From contig CAVTUQ010000022.1 of the NCBI GenBank assembly GCA_963737905.1, forward strand, positions 138,061-202,060: a stretch of 64,000 bases of DNA. Direction: 5' to 3'. Of the stretch, positions 19,315 to 28,490 are shown in pieces. The DNA is from an uncultured delta proteobacterium (lineage in GTDB: Bacteria > Desulfobacterota > Binatia > UBA9968). Under the pieces are notes generated by a model, which worked only from the letters and a program-made list of their open reading frames with translations, did not search any database and was not told where the DNA came from. How positions within the stretch are numbered: the first letter of the stretch is position 1; each line of letters starts with the position of its first letter. Made by a program: the position numbers and the translations under genes.

Positions 19315-20619
19315 ATGAAAGAACGGCCGGCACAGAAAACGATACTGATCGTCGATGACGAGGACAAAGTTCGGGAGTCGGTCCGAGAAGTTTTGACCGA
19401 CGAGGGCTATCGCGTTGTGGACACCGCCGACGGCGCTCGCGTGCTTGAATTGATTGAACGGGAAAAGCCCGGGCTCGTGCTGCTGGATATTTGGATGCCG
19501 CAGATTGACGGCATCGATCTGCTTAAGCAGATTAGGAGCAAGGAGCCCGCGATCCACGTAGTCATGATTTCAGGCCATGGGAATATTCACACGGCGGTGA
19601 CGGCGACCAAATTCGGAGCGTTCGATTTTATCGAGAAGCCGCTGTCTTTAGATGCACTGCTGTTGACGGTGCAGCGGGCCTTAGGTGACTATTCGCCGCG
19701 CCGCTCCAAAGGGGTCACCGGTAACGGAGGCAGAAAATCGAAAACCGGGAAGCGCCCACCGGCGACAGCAAGACGCGGAAACTCGAATCCATCCATCAAG
19801 CAACGCACCTTGAAGAAGAGTGTTGTGACATCGGGGCAAGGACTTCACTCGGGAATGAAGACCGGTCTTATTCTCCACCCGCTACCGCCTAATAGTGGGA
19901 TTCTCTTCACCGGCATTTCTGGTGATGTGCAGGTACCCGCCCACCTGGATCATGTGGGATCGACCGGATATGCGACTTCACTCCGCGCCAAGGGGTTTGC
20001 CGTGGGGACGGTGGAGCATTTATTGGCCGTGCTGCATAGTTACGGTATCACCAATCTGCTCGTCAAGGTTCAAGGGGAGGTTCCGATCCTGGATGGTTCC
20101 GCCCTGGAGTTCTGTAACCTCATTGACGACGTCGGCGTGCAGGAAGAAAGGGAGGAATGGTCCGAAATAGTGGTTGATCGACCGTATCGAATCGGGAGCC
20201 CCGGGGGTGAGTCGATCACCGTCGAGCCTGCGGAAGTCTTCTCGGTGCATTATGTTTTGAATTATCCCAAGCCGGTGGGCATCCAAGAGCATACTTACAC
20301 CCACAGAGGTCCCACCTTGTTTAAGGAAGAAATCGCGCCGGCCCGAACCTTCGGCTTTTTGAGGGACGTCGAACAGCTGCAACAAGCCGGCTTGGTTAAT
20401 GGCGGCAAGCTCAACAATTGCATCCTCATTGATGACGAGAAAATCGTCAATACGGATCTACGATTCCCCAACGAGTTAGCGCGCCACAAGATCCTCGATA
20501 TTATGGGTGACTTTTACTTACTCGGGAAGCCGGTTCGAGGTGCCATTACCGCTCACATGACGGGCCACTCCGACAATATTGCCCTGCTGCGAGAGCTGCG
20601 AAGCGGGATGGGTCTTTAG
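19315..20619 (+). CDS. lpxC: Fusion of an NtrX-like receiver domain (aa 1-124), basic linker and LpxC UDP-3-O-acyl-GlcNAc deacetylase (aa 163-434)
   Basis: REC: ILIVDDE, LLD58IWMP, ISGHG, FIEK108P. LpxC: QRTL, GQGLHSG, TVEH, EVPILDGSA, IAPARTFGF, LRF..E.ARHKILD..GD, GH418. Single uninterrupted ORF. Confidence 0.92.
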   Translation: MKERPAQKTILIVDDEDKVRESVREVLTDEGYRVVDTADGARVLELIEREKPGLVLLDIWMPQIDGIDLLKQIRSKEPAIHVVMISGHGNIHTAVTATKFGAFDFIEKPLSLDALLLTVQRALGDYSPRRSKGVTGNGGRKSKTGKRPPATARRGNSNPSIKQRTLKKSVVTSGQGLHSGMKTGLILHPLPPNSGILFTGISGDVQVPAHLDHVGSTGYATSLRAKGFAVGTVEHLLAVLHSYGITNLLVKVQGEVPILDGSALEFCNLIDDVGVQEEREEWSEIVVDRPYRIGSPGGESITVEPAEVFSVHYVLNYPKPVGIQEHTYTHRGPTLFKEEIAPARTFGFLRDVEQLQQAGLVNGGKLNNCILIDDEKIVNTDLRFPNELARHKILDIMGDFYLLGKPVRGAITAHMTGHSDNIALLRELRSGMGL

Positions 20620-20669
20620 CAGAGATCGGCAACTTTGCGCTCTCTGCACCCTTTCCAAACAACAAAAAT

Positions 20670-21119
20670 ATGGTCTCTTCTGTCTCTTTTCCACGACTCT
20701 TTACAGTGGGCGAAGCGAATGTGCTGCTGCCCACGGTGCGTAGGTTGATGGAAAGGATCGAGGAAAATATCAAGCGACTGAGAAACCAAAGCAAAACCAT
20801 CATCCGCGATGAACAACTCGATCCAGACGCCATGGATTTCATGGACCGATTGCAGGAACATAATGAAATTGCTCGGATCGTGGCAGAAGTCAAAGGCTGG
20901 GTGGAAGAGATCCAAAGCTATGGTTGCATCTGCAAGGGAGTGGAACAGGGTCTCGTCGATTTCCCGTGCCTACTAGGGACGGAAGTGGTGTTTCTCTGCT
21001 GGCAGTTGGGTGAGCCGACCGTCAGCTATTGGCACCGGATCGAAGACGGCTTTGCGGGGCGCCGCGCCTTGCTTGATGTCGAGAAAACGGAATCCGATAA
21101 GAAGAGTCCTTACCACTAA
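20670..21119 (+). CDS. DUF2203-family protein
   Basis: FTVGEAN.LLP, K..E.GLVDFP, LCW..GE....WH....GFAGR. Confidence 0.85.
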   Translation: MVSSVSFPRLFTVGEANVLLPTVRRLMERIEENIKRLRNQSKTIIRDEQLDPDAMDFMDRLQEHNEIARIVAEVKGWVEEIQSYGCICKGVEQGLVDFPCLLGTEVVFLCWQLGEPTVSYWHRIEDGFAGRRALLDVEKTESDKKSPYH

Positions 21120-21193
21120 TCGGTCCGTCAATTTTCCGTTCATCTCCAATCGTGCTTGTTTCGATTCAATCGGTCGGTAGGTTGGGAGGTTTT

Positions 21194-22366
21194 ATGATCG
21201 CCCAGGATGAAGACGCGCTATCGCTCCGGGTCAAAGACGAAGCACAGCGCCTGGGTTTTGAGTTGGTCGGAATTTCGCCGGTCAAACTTCCGCCCCATGA
21301 GGAGTCGTTCGCCGAGTGGCTGCGGCGGGGCTTCTCGGGACAGCTGGACTATATGAAACGAACCGAGGATCTACGACGTGATCCCCATCGACTCGTCCCT
21401 TGGGCGGTGTCCGTTATCTCGGTCGGAATGAATTATTATACGCCTTTTTCCCGCCCGCGAGCGTCGGATCAGCCAAAGGGTTGGATTTCCCGTTACGCGT
21501 GGGGCGATGATTACCATACTCTAATCAAAAACCAGTTGGAGTCTCTCCTCAACGGCATTCGACGGATTTGGAACGGACCCGTGGAAGGAAAAGTCTTTGT
21601 GGATTCCGGTCCGGTGCTGGAGCGGGAGTTTGCCGGCATCGCGGGTGTCGGCTGGATCGGCAAAAACACCCATCTCATTTCCCCCCAAAGGGGCTCGTGG
21701 TTTTTTTTGGGAGAACTTTTCCTCAGCATACCGCTCGGTTATGATCGGCCGATTCGCGATCGGTGTGGAAAATGCGATCTGTGTTTGAAAGCCTGCCCCA
21801 CAGGGGCTTTCGTGGGACCCTACGTGCTGGACGCGCGCCGCTGCATTTCCTACTTGACAATTGAGCTCAAAGGCCTGATGCCTCGCCATCTTCGTCCGCT
21901 TGTAGGAAATCACATCTTTGGCTGCGACATCTGTCAAGAGATCTGTCCGTATAACGTAAAGGCTCCACCAACCCGGGAAAAGGCGTACGCTCCAAGAGAG
22001 GGACTGTATGCACCCGATCTGATTCCCTTGCTGTCTCTAGATGAAGAGGAGTTTCGGCACAGATTTCGTGGCAGCCCGATCCTTCGCGCAAAGCGAAAGG
22101 GATTATTGCGCAATGTTGCGGTTGCTCTCGGGAATACGAGAAGCCGTGCGGCCACGCCTGCGTTGATTCGGGCGCTCGATGATGAAGAAATGCTAGTGCG
22201 AGCCCACGTCGCTTGGGCGTTGGGTCAGATCGGTTCGCCAGAGGGAATGAACGCACTGGAAAAAAGGTTGCGCATCGAGAGCGATCCCACGGTCCGGATC
22301 GAAATCGAGGATGCGATCACGGAAGCCAAGAAGACCGTTAGCCCCGTTCCGAGCGTACAAGAATGA
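21194..22366 (+). CDS. queG: Epoxyqueuosine reductase with C-terminal HEAT-like repeats
   Basis: ISRYAWG.DYH, VDSGPVLER, GWIGKN, CGKC..C..ACPT, RCISYLTIE, FGCDICQ..CPYN, RNVAVALGN. Confidence 0.93.
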   Translation: MIAQDEDALSLRVKDEAQRLGFELVGISPVKLPPHEESFAEWLRRGFSGQLDYMKRTEDLRRDPHRLVPWAVSVISVGMNYYTPFSRPRASDQPKGWISRYAWGDDYHTLIKNQLESLLNGIRRIWNGPVEGKVFVDSGPVLEREFAGIAGVGWIGKNTHLISPQRGSWFFLGELFLSIPLGYDRPIRDRCGKCDLCLKACPTGAFVGPYVLDARRCISYLTIELKGLMPRHLRPLVGNHIFGCDICQEICPYNVKAPPTREKAYAPREGLYAPDLIPLLSLDEEEFRHRFRGSPILRAKRKGLLRNVAVALGNTRSRAATPALIRALDDEEMLVRAHVAWALGQIGSPEGMNALEKRLRIESDPTVRIEIEDAITEAKKTVSPVPSVQE

Positions 22367-22420
22367 TCGTGCGTTCACGCTATGACGGCGCCCAACGTCC
22401 GGGGCGGCTTAGGTCTTTAG

Positions 22421-22873
22421 TCAGCCTGCGGTTGGCTGGGCTGGCGTGACCAAGGCTTTGGCCAAGAGTTGTACCACGTTGCTGGGGATCCGCTTCATTC
22501 GTCCATCCGCATCGACGCAGGCGTGCTTCGTCGATCCCAACGCCAACGCCGCGCTGTCACCTTCCCGTGAGATTGTATAATCGAAATTCAGCGTGGCGCG
22601 GCCGACGGACGAGAGTTGAGTTGCAATCGTGATGACGTCATCGTAGCGAGCTGATTGGAAGTAGCGACAGGAAACTTCGGTTACAGGAAAATGAAACCCT
22701 TGCTCTTCGATTGTTTTGTAGGGAAGACCGATTTGGCGCAGAAATTCCGATCGGCCCTTTTCAAACCACCGAAGATAATTTGCGTAATAGACGACGCCCA
22801 TCTGGTCGGTGTCTCCGTAGATGACGCGATCGGTTGTGACGATTTTATGGTTTGCGCCGAGTTGCCCCATCAA
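22421..22873 (-). CDS. YbgC/4HBT-family acyl-CoA thioesterase
   Basis: Y.DTDQMGVVYYANYLRWFE.GR. Confidence 0.9.
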   Translation of the reverse strand: MMGQLGANHKIVTTDRVIYGDTDQMGVVYYANYLRWFEKGRSEFLRQIGLPYKTIEEQGFHFPVTEVSCRYFQSARYDDVITIATQLSSVGRATLNFDYTISREGDSAALALGSTKHACVDADGRMKRIPSNVVQLLAKALVTPAQPTAG

Positions 22874-23044
22874 CCATACTCCTAGTTCTTTTTTCGCCCG
22901 TTCTCAATCTACGTAGGAAGCCGCTCCGTCTTGACAAGGCAAAGGGATCTATGGTTTAAAACTTTCGCATTTGCGTAACGATTGCTTGACCCCATCGGTA
23001 CAAATCGAGCGCCTATTTTCCCTCGACGAGAAGGAGGACAAAGA

Positions 23045-23509
23045 ATGAAGGGTTCAGCCAACTACGTCATCGGATCTATTGCCGCATTCCTAGTGGCGGT
23101 TGGAATGCTGGCTTGCACATCGGTACAGGAGCAACCGAAGCCGGCGGCGCCCGCCGTCGCCCAACAAACGACGCCGACTACCGGAAAGGAAGAGCCGAGC
23201 AAACAGGAGTCCAGCAAGACGGGGACAAAAGCGACCAAAACGAAGGTTGTCGAGGTGGAAGGTGTGATCAGCAGCGTTGGCCAGCGCACCATCACCTTTC
23301 AAGTTGAGCGTAAGGGGAAAGTCCGAGAAGAGGTCGTGGGTGTTGACGACAAGACTAGTATCGAGAAGGCCGGAAACAGAGTTAAATTAAGAGACTTGCA
23401 GGAGACAGATAAGGCGTTGATTAACTACGAGCCGGATGCCTATACACCGGCGTTGGCGATCAAGGTTGTCGGCCAAGGTAAAATACAGAAAGTCGGCGGG
23501 GACGACTAG
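23045..23509 (+). CDS. Putative lipoprotein with low-complexity linker and beta-barrel (OB-fold/DUF5666-like) domain
   Basis: AGGAGG RBS; lipobox MLAC; P/A/T/K linker; VEGVISSV...V.VDDKT.I...L.DL..DK..I.Y. Confidence 0.65.
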   Translation: MKGSANYVIGSIAAFLVAVGMLACTSVQEQPKPAAPAVAQQTTPTTGKEEPSKQESSKTGTKATKTKVVEVEGVISSVGQRTITFQVERKGKVREEVVGVDDKTSIEKAGNRVKLRDLQETDKALINYEPDAYTPALAIKVVGQGKIQKVGGDD

Positions 23510-24408
23510 GAGCGGTAGCGATCCGATCGATCTCCCGCGATTATATCCAGATCAAAAGACTGCTCATCTCTTAATATCCTAAACGAGATTCGCTCTCCCG
23601 GGCGCTTTTTCCACATCTCTTGGTAAAGCTCAGGTCGAGAGCGGATCTCCTTTTTTTCTACACCGATAATAATATCGCCTTCTTTAAGGCCGTATCTTTC
23701 GGCCGGCCCGCCGGCTACTATTCCTCCGACGACGACGTGCCCGGCCAAAGGTTGGGGATAAAATCCCAGCCAGGGCCTTCGCGGGCGGCTCCGAACGTGC
23801 CCGTACTGTTTCATTTCCGAAGCATGCTGTAGATAGCAATCGATGGGAATTGCCAGAGAGAACTTAGCGATCTCAGTTAGATTCAGCGAGACGACGCCGA
23901 TGATTTCGCCTCTAAAGTTGGCCAGCGTGCCTCCCCCGAAACCTGGATTGGGTGCCGTGAGACGAATGGTTTTTTCGAGCATGTATTCCCAATGGCCGTC
24001 GTAGCAGTCCATGGAACTCACATAACCGCCGCTAACCCGGCGAGCGGCCTGGCCACTACTGGCGATGATGACCGCAGGCTGACCCAATGCGACTGAATCT
24101 AACCCCGCGGGCTTGAGAAAAGGCAGTCCTCGCGCGGGAATTTTGACCAGCGCAAGCCCGGTTTCTTGATCCTGAGCGGCCAACGCGCCGGGATACTGCT
24201 CCCCGTCCGGCAAGGTTACCGTGATGGACGCTGCCCCTACGGTGACATAGTGGACGGTTAAAATGTAACCATCCGGGTCGATGATGGTGCCTGAACCGCC
24301 TCGCTCGGTTCCCAGATTGCGGGTGGACGGGTGATTGTCCGGGACGGTAACTTGAATATCTGCCGTTGCGGGCAAAACCGAATGGATCAAACCAATATGG
24401 CCGTTCAA
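23506..24408 (-). CDS. Trypsin-like (S1C/HtrA) + PDZ protein with degenerate catalytic triad
   Basis: GSGTIIDPDGYILT, G.IIGV, AIP, RPWLG, GGPA...GLKEGDII; GNSGG replaced by GFGGG and DLA by GLA; no signal peptide. Confidence 0.8.
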   Translation of the reverse strand: MNGHIGLIHSVLPATADIQVTVPDNHPSTRNLGTERGGSGTIIDPDGYILTVHYVTVGAASITVTLPDGEQYPGALAAQDQETGLALVKIPARGLPFLKPAGLDSVALGQPAVIIASSGQAARRVSGGYVSSMDCYDGHWEYMLEKTIRLTAPNPGFGGGTLANFRGEIIGVVSLNLTEIAKFSLAIPIDCYLQHASEMKQYGHVRSRPRRPWLGFYPQPLAGHVVVGGIVAGGPAERYGLKEGDIIIGVEKKEIRSRPELYQEMWKKRPGERISFRILRDEQSFDLDIIAGDRSDRYRS

Positions 24409-25391
24409 AGCCGTGCTCCTTCAGCGCCATGAATGCTTGGGGGCACTAATTCCAGGAATTTGCCCTGCCAACTGTCTCGTTCTTCCAGCTCTTTGTAGAT
24501 CGCGTTGTGCACGCCGATCTTGTTAATCGACCATTCTGGAGCGACGGTAATTGCGCGGTAAGTTTCGCCGGTCAAACGGTGCACAACAATTTCCGGGTCG
24601 AGACGTTCAAGGAAATCAACGACGAGTCTAACATATTCCCCTCGACTAAAAAGGGTAAAGCCACCCGCGCTGTACAATTTTTCCAGGACGGTATTCTTGA
24701 TGACATGGAGGTTGTGCAGTTTGATGCCGTCGATCTTCAGCCCATTCAACAACGAGGGCGTTTGAAGGATTTCCGACCGGCTTTCTTGTGGGAAACCTAG
24801 GATCAAATGGACGCAAAGCCGCAGTCCTCGTTGTTTGCAGCGCTGGACGGTTTCGACGAACTCCCTTAGCCCATGGCCGCGGTTCACCCACCGGAGCGTT
24901 CGGTCTTGCATCGACTCAAGGCCAAGCTCCAACCAAAGGTAAGTTTGGTGCGAGAAATCCGTTAGAAGGTCGAGGATATCCTCGGGTAGGCAATCAGGCC
25001 GAGTGGCCACGGAGAGGCCGACGACCCCGCGGAAGTCTAGGGCTTCGCGATACAGCTTTTCTAGTCTAGAGACCGAACCATAAGTATTCGTGTAACTCTG
25101 AAAGTAGGCGATGAATTTCTCGGCTCGATGACGTCGTTGAATCGCTACCGCCCCGCGCTCCAGTTGTTCCGTGACCGAAGCGTGAGGTTGATAATTCTGG
25201 GAGGTGTGGCTGGCATTGTTACAGTAAATACATCCGCCCACGGCTACCGTTCCATCCCGATTCGGACAGGTAAAATCTAATCTCAAGCCAATTTTGTAGA
25301 CACGCGCATCAAAAGTGTCTTTCAGTAAGCGATTATAAGAATTATAACGCTTCCCGTGCCATCGGTTGCCTAGTGTGATAGGAAAATTCAT
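24405..25391 (-). CDS. TIGR01212/YhcC-family radical SAM protein
   Basis: FTCPNRDG....GGCIYC, YFQSYTNTY, TRPDC, ELGLES, NRGH, K.H.LH, HRLTG. Confidence 0.92.
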   Translation of the reverse strand: MNFPITLGNRWHGKRYNSYNRLLKDTFDARVYKIGLRLDFTCPNRDGTVAVGGCIYCNNASHTSQNYQPHASVTEQLERGAVAIQRRHRAEKFIAYFQSYTNTYGSVSRLEKLYREALDFRGVVGLSVATRPDCLPEDILDLLTDFSHQTYLWLELGLESMQDRTLRWVNRGHGLREFVETVQRCKQRGLRLCVHLILGFPQESRSEILQTPSLLNGLKIDGIKLHNLHVIKNTVLEKLYSAGGFTLFSRGEYVRLVVDFLERLDPEIVVHRLTGETYRAITVAPEWSINKIGVHNAIYKELEERDSWQGKFLELVPPSIHGAEGARL

Positions 25392-25584
25392 GATGTGGAC
25401 TGAGGATGGGTTAACAAAAAGCCGGTCAATACTCAAGAGAATTACCTCGTGCGGGTTGTGCTTTCAAAGGAGGTAGGGTCGTAGGTTCTTCTCTAGATTC
25501 ACTGCATAGCTGGCTTGGCGATGCTGAGACTTTGGAAGTGGTTAATAAATCACGGGCTTTTTCGAGCTGGGTGGTTGACTTGGC

Positions 25585-25614
25585 TTGACAATAAAACTCC
25601 ATTGAATATATTCT
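25585..25614 (+). promoter_or_regulatory. Putative sigma70 promoter of the yceD-rpmF-plsX-fab operon
   Basis: TTGACA at 25585, then TATATT (16-nt spacer) or TATTCT (18-nt spacer), ~25 nt upstream of the yceD ATG. Confidence 0.55.
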
Positions 25615-25638
25615 TACCAGCAGGCTTCTTGTCCGCCG

Positions 25639-26175
25639 ATGAAAATTCCCGTCGACGACATTACTGAATCCGCCAAAGAGATTAGCTTTTCCGAACGCAT
25701 TGAGGAACTAAACGATCTCTACAAAAATAGCCCGTTTCGGGAGTTTGGATTTCCTCGGTTTGTGGAGGTCAATCTAGTCTATTATCGATCCGGCCAAGAT
25801 ATTTTCTTCAAAGGTTGGTTGGACGGGACGCTTGAGGGGGGTTGTAGCCGTTGTTTGAGGCGTTACTCGTTTCCATTAAACAAGGAATTTGACTTTGTAC
25901 TCAGCCCAGATCCGTCTGAACCGGGGCGTAAGACTGAAGAGCTGGATCGGGAAGACCTGGGATTGAGCTATTATTCCGCAGATGAAATTGATCTCGCGCC
26001 TCTCCTAAGAGAACAGGTCATGTTGGCTCTGCCGACCCGGCCGCTGTGTTACGAAAGCTGCCGCGGGCTTTGCGATAGTTGCGGCGCCGACCTCAACAAG
26101 GAGACTTGCGCCTGCATCAGCTCCACGGATGATCCGCGGATGGCGATTTTTCGAACTCTCAAAGTCGGTCGTTAA
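25639..26175 (+). CDS. yceD: YceD/DUF177-family protein
   Basis: CSRCL, IDL..LLREQ..L.LP..PLC..SC.GLC..CG..LN...C.C, DPR..; directly upstream of rpmF. Confidence 0.92.
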   Translation: MKIPVDDITESAKEISFSERIEELNDLYKNSPFREFGFPRFVEVNLVYYRSGQDIFFKGWLDGTLEGGCSRCLRRYSFPLNKEFDFVLSPDPSEPGRKTEELDREDLGLSYYSADEIDLAPLLREQVMLALPTRPLCYESCRGLCDSCGADLNKETCACISSTDDPRMAIFRTLKVGR

Positions 26176-26234
26176 GTTCACGTCAACATTTGTTCCGCTG
26201 TCGCTGAGCGACGGGGAAAGATAGGACTAAGAAA

Positions 26235-26417
26235 ATGCCAGTACCGAAGAGAAGAACTTCAAAAAGAGTAAAAAACCAACGGCGATCCCACGATGCGCTG
26301 ACCGCTCCCCAGTGGAGCACCTGTCCGAAGTGCGGAGAAACGGTTCTGCCGCACCGTGCCTGCGGTAGTTGCGGTTTCTACCGAGGTCGAATCGTGATAA
26401 AGACCGAAGAGAGTTAA
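26235..26417 (+). CDS. rpmF: 50S ribosomal protein L32 (Zn-ribbon type)
   Basis: MPVPKRRTSK...RRSH..L, CPKCG...PHRAC..CGFY. Confidence 0.95.
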   Translation: MPVPKRRTSKRVKNQRRSHDALTAPQWSTCPKCGETVLPHRACGSCGFYRGRIVIKTEES

Positions 26418-26437
26418 CTCACCTTTCCGACTCGCAT

Positions 26438-27559
26438 ATGCTAAAAATCGCTGTCGACGCCATGGGCGGGGACCATGCTCCCCAGGTTGTGGTAACGGGT
26501 GCCTTATTGGCCGCCCAAGAGTTCGGCATAGATCTTGTCTTAGTGGGTGACAAGGATTCCGTCGAACGCGAATTGGCGCGGCATCCTGCGAAATCGTCCT
26601 CGGTTCAGGTTGTCCATGCTTCTCAAATGATCGCTATGGAAGAGTCTCCGAGTTCTGCGCTCAAGAAAAAGGACTCCTCCATGAAGATCGCTTTTGAGAT
26701 GATGAAACGCGAAGAGGTTCAGGCCGTGGTGAGCGCGGGGAATTCCGGTGCCATGATGGCAACGGGGATGTTTGTCATGGGCAGGTTGCCGCAGGTCGCT
26801 CGACCCGCAATCTTGATCGTTGTGCCGGGCCTGTCGAAGGGGACGGTCATTATCGACGCCGGCGCCAATGTCGACTGCAAACCGCATCATCTGGTTCAGT
26901 TTGCCTTTATGGGCGCGATCTACGCTGAGAAAGTGCAGGGGATCGCCAGTCCGCGCATCGGGGTCTTGAGTAACGGCGAGGAAGAAGGAAAGGGAAACGA
27001 TCTCACCCGAACCGTCAGCGAGGAGCTTTCAGCGACCGCATTGAACTATATCGGCTATGTAGAGGGGCGGGATGTTTTCAACGGCAAAGTCGATGTGATC
27101 GTCTGCGATGGATTCACCGGCAACATAGCCCTGAAGACCATGGAAGGGGTTGCGAGTTTCGCGGGAGACGTGTTGAAAGAAGCTTTTCAGAAGAATCTTG
27201 CCAGTCGGCTGGGATATTTCATGAGTCGTAATTCGCTGCGAGAAGTTTATCGGCGCCTGGACTATGCTGAGTATGGGGGCGCTCCCTTGCTCGGGCTGGA
27301 TGGGATCGGGATTGTGGCTCATGGCGGGTCGAGTCCGCGGGCCATCAAAAATGCTATTCGCGTCGCCAAGGAAGCGGTTCAACAGGATATCAACGGTCAT
27401 ATCAGCCAGGTGCTCGCCGATGCGGGCGGCGGCAATGATAAGAAGGATGGCCTGCCGAGAAAAATTTGGCAACGAATCAAGTCGAAGATCGACTCCCTAG
27501 GTGACAAACCGAGCGCCGAGGTCGAAACAGAGGAACGGCAAGGTGAAGCCAAGCGTTAA
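26438..27559 (+). CDS. plsX: Phosphate acyltransferase PlsX with C-terminal extension
   Basis: IAVDAMGGDHAP, SAGNSGA, RPA, DAGAN, NGEEEGKG, CDGFTGNIALK..EG, GGAPLLG, HG.S. Confidence 0.95.
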   Translation: MLKIAVDAMGGDHAPQVVVTGALLAAQEFGIDLVLVGDKDSVERELARHPAKSSSVQVVHASQMIAMEESPSSALKKKDSSMKIAFEMMKREEVQAVVSAGNSGAMMATGMFVMGRLPQVARPAILIVVPGLSKGTVIIDAGANVDCKPHHLVQFAFMGAIYAEKVQGIASPRIGVLSNGEEEGKGNDLTRTVSEELSATALNYIGYVEGRDVFNGKVDVIVCDGFTGNIALKTMEGVASFAGDVLKEAFQKNLASRLGYFMSRNSLREVYRRLDYAEYGGAPLLGLDGIGIVAHGGSSPRAIKNAIRVAKEAVQQDINGHISQVLADAGGGNDKKDGLPRKIWQRIKSKIDSLGDKPSAEVETEERQGEAKR

Positions 27560-28490
27560 AGTTGCCTTCGTTTTTCCGGGACAGGGTTCTCAATATGTGG
27601 GAATGGGGAAGGAGCTTCATGCACAATTTGCGGCTGCCCGGCGAGTGTTTTCGGAAGCGGATGAGGCTCTGGGCTTTCCGCTAAGTCAACTTTGTTTCAG
27701 TGGGCCCGACTCCGATCTCAAGCTCACTGAGAATACCCAACCGGCTATCTTGACAGTCTCACTCGCTGCTCTGCGTGTGTTTGAGTCAGAAACCCCGCTG
27801 AGGCCCGACTTTGTGGCTGGTCACAGTCTCGGAGAATACACGGCACTGGTTTGTGCCGGGGCACTCAGCTTCCAGGACGCGGTAAGAGTCGTGCGTGAGC
27901 GGGGTAGGCTCATGCAACAGGCAGTACCTCCTGGTACGGGCAGTATGGCGGTGATTTTAGGATTGGGGATGGAAGTTGTTCGGTCCCTTTGTGAAGCAGT
28001 CAGCAATGGCGAGGTGGTGGCACCGGCCAATTACAACGGAGGCGGACAAATTGTTATTGCCGGCTCTAAAGCGGCCGTGAACCGAGCGATGTCGATCGCC
28101 AAGGAGCGGGGCGCGAAGAGAGCCTTGCATTTGCCTGTAAGCGCTCCCTTTCATTGCCAGCTCATGCGTCCGGCTGCGGAAGGACTAAGGAAGGTTTTGG
28201 ACGATGTCACTGTTCATCCTCTTTCGATGGGTGTCGTAACCAACGTCGAGGCGGATGTGAACCTGGACACCGGCCGTGTGAAGTCTCTATTGATAGAACA
28301 GGCTGTGCAGCCGGTACGGTGGGAAGAATCGGTCCGCAAACTTGAAAGTCTCGGTTGTGCTCGCATCTGGGAGATCGGACCGGGAAAGGTGCTCAGAGGG
28401 TTGATCAACCGTATCAGTCCGGCGCTGCTACTCGATAATTTTGAGTCTCCGCAAGATCTTGGCAAACTCTCTCCAGAAGAGCTCACATGA
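27543..28490 (+). CDS. fabD: Malonyl-CoA:ACP transacylase
   Basis: FPGQGSQ, TENTQPA, GHSLGE, RG.LMQ, Q.VIAG, VSAPFH, EIGPG.VL.GL. Confidence 0.95.
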   Translation: MKPSVKVAFVFPGQGSQYVGMGKELHAQFAAARRVFSEADEALGFPLSQLCFSGPDSDLKLTENTQPAILTVSLAALRVFESETPLRPDFVAGHSLGEYTALVCAGALSFQDAVRVVRERGRLMQQAVPPGTGSMAVILGLGMEVVRSLCEAVSNGEVVAPANYNGGGQIVIAGSKAAVNRAMSIAKERGAKRALHLPVSAPFHCQLMRPAAEGLRKVLDDVTVHPLSMGVVTNVEADVNLDTGRVKSLLIEQAVQPVRWEESVRKLESLGCARIWEIGPGKVLRGLINRISPALLLDNFESPQDLGKLSPEELT

